From Amphiscolops sp. MND2022 (lineage: Eukaryota): 64,000 nt of DNA. How positions within the stretch are numbered: position 1 is the stretch's first letter; each line of letters starts with the position of its first letter. Made by a program: the position numbers and the translations under genes. Shown one piece after another: positions 57,162 through 64,000 of the stretch. Location: contig OZ076409.1 of assembly GCA_964187785.1 (NCBI GenBank), positions 89,344,001-89,408,000 of the forward strand. Reading direction: 5' to 3'. The notes beneath the pieces are model-generated. The model made no database searches and had not been told where the DNA came from. It was given only the letters and a program-made list of their open reading frames with translations.

Positions 57162-59966
57162 TGGAACTTCATTTTTTGGCGACCACAGAGGGATCGTCTT
57201 TGGGAAGCTTTCCTGCATGGTTATTAAAATTGCTGACCCTCTGGTTTTTAGCGCCAAGACCGTTTCGACTCTGTGGGAGAAGCCAGAGTTTTCCTTTATT
57301 TTAACTTTCACGCGTATTCCTAGCAGCTGAAACGAAGAAAGTCCAGAAAAACTCGAGAAAGATGCGTTTTCATGTGTGAAAACGGCATTTTTGAGGTTGA
57401 AAAACCCGTAAAGGCATGTTGTGTGATGTCATGTTGTTAGCCCATCAGCGGGTACATGTTTTGCAGGTTATGGCTACCGCAGCGCGTGGCTGCGGGTGTT
57501 TAACCGGTTTTTCTAGCCTTTTTCAGCTTTTTGAGCTATGCAAGACAGGTGCCGATGGTGGAAAATCCATACTCCACTTGAGCGACGGGGAGGTGAAAAT
57601 GGGTGCTATGGTTCGCCGTTACCCATTTCTCGTGGAGACGTCCGTGAGAGGTGAAATTTGGTGGACAGCTAGTACAACTCCTGACAAAGCTAACGATCCA
57701 AACCGCAAGTCTCTAACTGGTCTGGATGTGGAGAAATTGCGTGGCGAAGGTACACCCCCTTGGACCAGATGTGTCGTTCAGATGGGTCATGGTCCCTGAA
57801 ACTTTTGAAATTGCGTCGTTTTTCATAAGGAATCATTGGTACAGGTCAGTCACGCTTTTAGACGATGTAACGACACCCCATGGAACGCTTTCGAGCGAAG
57901 AAAACAAAGATTTTCCAAAAAAACAGCGAAATTTCGTGTTTTTGAGTGTTTTCCTTGGTTGGAGCACGAGTGCTCCGTAAGTCCAACGTAGCCCTGCCAC
58001 AATGATGGCAAAAGTAGCCTCGAAGCCTGAGGGAGCAAAGAAAAATAACGGGCAAGCGTTCCCGTTGCCCCTTTTAGGTGAAAAAGTTGGAATTTCCAGT
58101 GAAAAAGTGCGAAAAGTGAGAAAAAGGGTAAAAAACACCCTAAAAACACCACAGTGAATAGGTGTAGAAGCCCGGGGTACCGCTGCAAAGTAGCTTCGCG
58201 AGCACGTCACAGCCCTAGGGTACCGAAAATAACTTTCAGTAACTGTTTGGCTGGTATAGAAGCAGCTAGAGAGCGAAAGTCTTGCAATTTTGGCCGTCTG
58301 TGGTGTAGTTGGACATAGCGTGAAAAACTCATTGAACTCAACCCTTAATTATTTCTGCGAGCCCAGGCGCTCTCATTTTTTGTTTGTTTAATAAAAACAG
58401 CGCATTGTGGTGAAAATCGCGTGCGAAAATTCCTTTTCAGTGATGAGAAAAGTTAGAAAACCTTGATTTTTAGTCAGTTTCAGGAGTGTCTGAGTACATA
58501 ATTAAAACCCCTAAGGCACTCCGTCTTTTATGTTAACTGGGAGCCTATGCGCTCTCATTTTCTGTTTTTCTATAAAAAATAACGTGTAGTGGCAAAAACC
58601 GCATGTGTAAACTCCCATTCAGTGCTGAGAAAAGTGGAAAAACGCACTGAAATAGGCCGAATTTCCACAAAACCGGCCTGTCCCATCGCTAGGGTCGGGT
58701 CGTCGATTCCCGAGACCTAGCTGAAAACTGGTAGCATTTTCGTAACCACAGCCAAAATAAACGCTACTGCAGAGAATCTGATGGCCCTAGCGCTAACCAA
58801 AGTCGCGAAAAATCCTCTAACGTTTTGACCTCATACAGCACCGACATAACCGAAAAAGGCCAAAAATCTAGAACCAATAGTGTCTTGCACAGAAAGGGCA
58901 CGGCCAACTGAGAGCTTGTAGCAGTACTGTGACAGGAGGGGCAACGCGTTAACCCCACTGACCCTGCCGTAACGTTTGTAGTGTCGACCCTCTAAGCCGA
59001 TTTGTGAAAAGAGCGTCAAAAAAGACCGTTTCTTCTAAGACTGTGTCCACGCCTGGCCCAAGTTCCCTGTAAACTTGAGAGCTTCCATTGAGCTGTAATA
59101 CCAGCATTGTGGGTGCCCTCTGGGTATCAAGTTTCGTGCCGATCGGTGCAGTATTCGCTGAGAAATTGACGGAAACATACTGCATAAAAAAAGGTACAAA
59201 AAGGGCCGTTTTTTTCAAAATTTTTTGGAAAGACCCGGATACCTTAGCCGGAGAGTGAGAACAGTTTATTGCTCACCAAGGCAACCGACACTAGTTGCCA
59301 CACCGCTAGGGGAGAAATCAGACCGCTGACTGTAACCAGTGCTCAAAAATTGTGTGATTAGAGTGCATTTCGACCCCTACTGATACACAGGAGTACCGCA
59401 CGTCTGTACCCAAGGGAAAGTGTGCACAAGTCAAGGAACACAAATCGGCGTTCACTATCGTGTACCTACGTGTGTGTAGGATCATCTGGCCAAATTGGAG
59501 CCAGATTCAACTGTTGAGTGACGAATACGAGCCACTTGTGATTTTTTTGCGTGATCTGAGAAAATAGCGAGAGTGCTGTAAACCTTCTGCACTGGTCTCC
59601 ACACGCCCCTAGCGTAAATCTAGGCTCACTTTCGGAGCTTGTTGGTGGATACCTACCGCGTGTGCAAATTTGAGCTCAATACTACCGTTGGAAGTGTTTT
59701 CGACCTTCCCGAGACGTGCTAAGGACGAAATATTCTTAAGTCCTCACCGGAACGACTGAAGGTCGCATTCTCCCTGGGAACCCCTGAGGGCAGATTGCGG
59801 GAGCCATAAGTATCCCCCGCGTTCCCGGAACTCCTGTTACGGAAGGTGAACCTTGCAAGGGTGTAGCGGACAAGACTTCGCGTGACCACACCGCCTATAG
59901 GTTGTCGGATTGGACGCTATCGGTACGTTAATTCAAATCACTGCGCGGTCATCCGACTGATACATC

Positions 59967-62900
59967 ATGTTTTGGACCGGCGTAGCGGCCATTGTCAAAC
60001 TGCTCACGCGCGGGATGCCAAGGACTAGCGAGTGCAGCACCAGCATTGTAGACACGGATGATGCGCGAGAAACGAGTTCAGTCCAACGAGAGGACTCTAG
60101 CACTACTAGCGAACTGAGCCTAACGGCATGGTCCTCTGTGGAGTCCTTAGTAACCGGCTCTTCCTTTTCAGAAGCAATGAGTGATTGTGTGACTGCCGAT
60201 CAGCAACGACGAGAGGAGCAAAATGCCATGACTCCTGCAGGTGACCCCTACGCGTGATGGGTGCTCTAGGGCACCCCGAGACGATGAGAGCACAGCCAGT
60301 GTCGACACTGCGGCGGTCCTGGAGAACATGAACTATGTAGGCGGCATGAACTATGCTAAATACCACCACGAGGCAAGCCGAGCCTAAAGCGCTGGCAAAC
60401 AGAAGAAGGCACGCCCTCCCACACTGTGCGTGCAAGAGGAATTGGCCCGTGACAGTGCCTCTTCTTGTCGCAATGGCACCACGTCGAGCACCTCTTCGCG
60501 ACCTTCCTCGGCGTACAGAGCCGTTGAGGAGGCTGCCGCAGCAAGGACCGCGATGCTTGAGGCGGAAGCTGAAGCCCAGCGATCCTTGACACGTTTAGCT
60601 GACACCCGCGCTGAGTGCAATGAACAACACCAAGCTATCACTGCGGAACTGGAAGCTATGCAGACCTCGGTAAAAGAAAGCTTGAGGGCTGCCACATAAC
60701 AGACAACAGTGCAAGCAGCCAAGATTGACGCCTTGGGGTATCGTCTGGAAGAAATGAAAGACATGCCCAACCAACGCGAACTGCGCATGGAAGTCCAGAT
60801 GGCAGAGCTTAACAACCAGATGCATACCCTGAGTGCTGCATCCCGCACGACGGCACCTGCAGATAAGCAACCACAAGCAGGACAGTGCCTATGCGCACTC
60901 TCAATCAGCCGATCACATTGAAAACGAACCCCAAGTCTGAACCCAGAGTATCCAAACCGCCACCGACAGGCAGGAAGACCAACAAAGTGCACGTATGCGC
61001 ACCCAACCCACTTAGTAGCGTGTCGCTACCGCCGGCACCAACATTTACTCGTACCCAAAATCGAGCAGTAGATCCCATGACGACTACCTCATCAACCGTC
61101 GACCTAACTGACACGAAGGCAACGGCTGGCTCACGCGACAGCAGCGCCGAAGACGAGGTTTACACCACTGCCAGAAGCGGAACCGCAGGCATCACCTCGA
61201 TGTTCCTCACTGCGAGTGAGGGAGTCCCCACTGGTGACCCTTGCGCCAGTAGCACTCGTAAGAGGGACGACGTAAATGGTGAAATGTCTTAGAAAGCCAC
61301 TAGGGGAAGTCGAGACAATTCTCCCGCCCCTAGTGAGGAAAGAGAAGTAGTCTCCCAAGAGCAGTTACGGTTCACTGAGGCAATTTCCAAAGCAATGTCC
61401 AAAGAGTTAGCCCCATTGCTGGCCGGGCGTGACCCGACGCAGCCTAGGCCCAGTGTCTACCGAGGTTCAAAGGAAGGTTCCATTGATGGTTGGATCCTAG
61501 TGATGCGTCGCTACCTCCAACGCACTCAGGCCAAAGCCACCCCCGATGACAAAGCATGGAGCATCATTGGGCACCTAGAAGGTGAAGCCAGAAACGATAT
61601 CATCAACAAGGCCGAGTCTGAAAAAGACACACCGGAAAAAGTCTTTGACTTGCTAGCTAGTCGATTCGGAACGGGAGGTAATCGCATGCAAGTGCGTCAG
61701 GCCTTCGCAACGCGACAGCAATCCGACATGGAAGACTGGATGCAGTATTTAGATGCATTGGAGGGGCTGCGAAGCCAAGGCTTCCCTGGTGAGTCCGTCA
61801 CAACTAAACGTTATGAAATCTTGCAGCGCTTTATTGAAGACGTTCGTGACCCAGCCTTGCGGAGGGAGCTCTCCATTATTTATGCATCCGAATCCACGGT
61901 CACCGAGCCTCCCACTGTCGAATCATTGCGATTTACAACACGGCAACTGCAGCGTACCCGACCAAGGTCGGCGCCCTATGACCCTCGATACGCCATGAGG
62001 TCAAGGCCTCATCCTTTCGCACCACTACCCCCCAACAAGATGGTGCTACCGCAAGGGGTGATGCCTCCCCCACCTGCGAGCAATGCCCCGCTAAACCAAG
62101 CAGCGGCACAACTTGCCGTGCGTTTACCCTTGGTTGCTTGCTTTAATTGTGGCCAAACTGGACACTTTGCTCGAGACTGCCCTAATTGCGACCAAGCTCG
62201 CAAACCACCGGCTGCTTCCAAGCCTGGAGGCGTGAAAGTCACTGCTGAAGATGTGACTGACGGTATTCTGGAAGGCTATCCCGGAATTCGTCAATGCAGC
62301 AAGTGCGGAATTTTTGATCATGCAGACGCGCAATGCGGTGAGCACTCTAACTCGCTGAAACCAAGTGACGAATTCGCCTACAACCGATGTGCCGAGGTCG
62401 AGTCGGCTGGCGTTGCTGCGCACACAGTACCCCTAGAGGATGACCGCGTATTAATGTTACACCCGGCGGAACCGCCAGCGTTTTACACCCCGCTACCAAT
62501 TACTTGTGGTGAAAAACAAGTTCAAACCTGCTTAGAGCCTATCACGTTCGACCCACAAGGACGGACGTTGATCTCTATTCACCTGATGTTAGCCGCCGAT
62601 CAACTGCGCAGACCAACGTTTACCCTGGCGAAGCTCTGGGTTGAATTATCCCTCCTCTATAGACGAGTTGAGTTGACCCGTCCCAAAGGATGGTACGTTC
62701 CCGGAGATTTTGAAACTCTGACGACGTATTCCCCAGTGCCAATCTGTGCCACCATGGATGGTGTGGACGTAAAGTTTGAAGCCTGTGTGGTGGTGGATGT
62801 GTTCCCACCTGGCATATGTCTGGGTCCCCAAGAACTGAAATGCTACAACATCAACCACCAGGAACCCCTTTGGTGGGGCACGGATAGACGAACGTGCGTC

Positions 62901-64000
62901 ACTTGTTGTTTCGTTCGTAGTGCCCCAGGCGCCACCTATCCCACTACGTGAACTAGTGGACACCGGTTCAGGCGTATCAATATTGACGTTCTCCGCCTTC
63001 AATCGAGTGGCAGCTCGGACCGGTACTGTCCTAAAGCCCTATCAAATCGACTTGTACGCTGCCAACGGAAAAACAAGAAAGACCTTTGGACTACCAGAGC
63101 AGATTCGTTTCCAATTGGGAGGGTACGAACTTGAAACCAACTTTGTCGTAGTGGACGATGCAATGGGCGTGGAAGACTTTCTGCTAGGCCGGAACTTCCT
63201 TCGTTCCTATCAGGTCCTGGTGGATCTCTTGTCCATGAAGATTGTGGTGCGAGCACCCGTAAAGCCCGTCTGGCATCATGCACACGCGCAGGTAGGTGCT
63301 ACTTCGATAGCTACCCCGGTTGCCTTGGACAGCGATCTAATCCTACAGCCTTTCGAGCGCACAGTGGTTAAAGCCAAGCTCATCACTGACGCGCTTGAAC
63401 CATTGATCTTTCAAAGTGTATCCTTGAACGCAGCCATTGCAGACGCGTCGTTGCACAATGTTGTATTTTTAGAGGACAGCGTCGCCACTGTCAGCGAGTC
63501 AGGCTTGGTGTTCGTCAGCCTGATGAACCTAACAAACAACCCTCAACGTGTGCGGAAGGGAACACGACTAGGCCATGTAGTACCGGTCTCGTCTCCTTGG
63601 TCTACCAGGCCATCCCTCAGCAAACGCCAGACAATACTGAGGTCAATAACGACCATCTTTCGTTTGTAAATAGAGTTTATGAGAAAATGAACTATAGTTA
63701 CTGACTCTCAATTAACCTCTTCGTCCGAATTTGAATTTTTGTCTTCAACTGAGCCAACCGAAGCTGGTCTTTCAGAGCGTGAGGTACGCAAGCGCACGGA
63801 CCCGGAGCTCATGGCTCCCATACCGGGACCTGAGCCACAGCTTAAGGAGGTCCAGGACCTCTGGGGCCCAGCGGCCTGTACAGCGCTTGAGAACATTCTT
63901 ACAGAGTTCGATGATTTGTTCATGAAACACAAAGCTGACATTGGTCGATGCACCATAGCCAAGCATCCAGTGGAGGTAGAGCCAGGCGCCATACCTCACC
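59967..64000 (+). pseudogene. Gag-protease-RT start, interrupted by stops and frameshifts
   Basis: MSKELAPLLA..DGWILVMRRYL, CFNCGQTGHFARDC, LVDTGSGVSIL, FLLGRNFL, RTDPELMAPIPGP, LFMKHKADIGRC. Confidence 0.9.

Larger units (their letters stand above)
56430..64000 (+). mobile_element. Second, more degraded giant Ty3/gypsy of the same lineage, running off the window
   Basis: LTR, PBS, long leader, then gag-pol fragments homologous to 23808-27800. Confidence 0.93.

Noticed and set aside
54631..57980. Paired similar ORFs on opposite strands (54631-55026 with 57416-57799; 55153-55485 with 56865-57227)
   Set aside because: Similarity follows from the inverted homologous LTR/leader DNA; no evidence of coding constraint.

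Overview
Eukaryotic (probably animal) AT-rich, transposon-dense DNA with spliced host genes; all calls are by eye, without database searches. (1) 1-~11.2 kb: right part of a decayed Polinton/Maverick (adintovirus-like) element with protein-primed PolB, double-jelly-roll capsid, retroviral-type integrase and two tandem A32/FtsK-like ATPases. It is peppered with TA-bounded 18-30 bp GC-rich hairpin inserts that are mostly frame-preserving. (2) A two-exon ankyrin-repeat gene and a degraded Ty3/gypsy remnant. (3) A young 19.3-kb giant Ty3/gypsy element (19545-38855, 721-bp LTRs with ~7 mismatches). It has a ~3.1-kb leader, a PBS displaced 16 nt from the LTR, an apparent 3-bp TSD, a gag-pol with pseudo-protease plus protease and C-terminal macrodomain-like modules, and a ~1370-aa non-env extra ORF with an SGNH-like core. 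It sits antisense in the last intron of a reconstructed 7-exon, 406-aa host gene (52829->19277). (4) Introns filled with Helentron/DINE-like repeats, foldback elements, a perfect 136-bp palindrome and a LINE fragment. (5) A BTB-domain gene with a likely GC-AG intron, followed by two head-to-head relatives of the giant gypsy.
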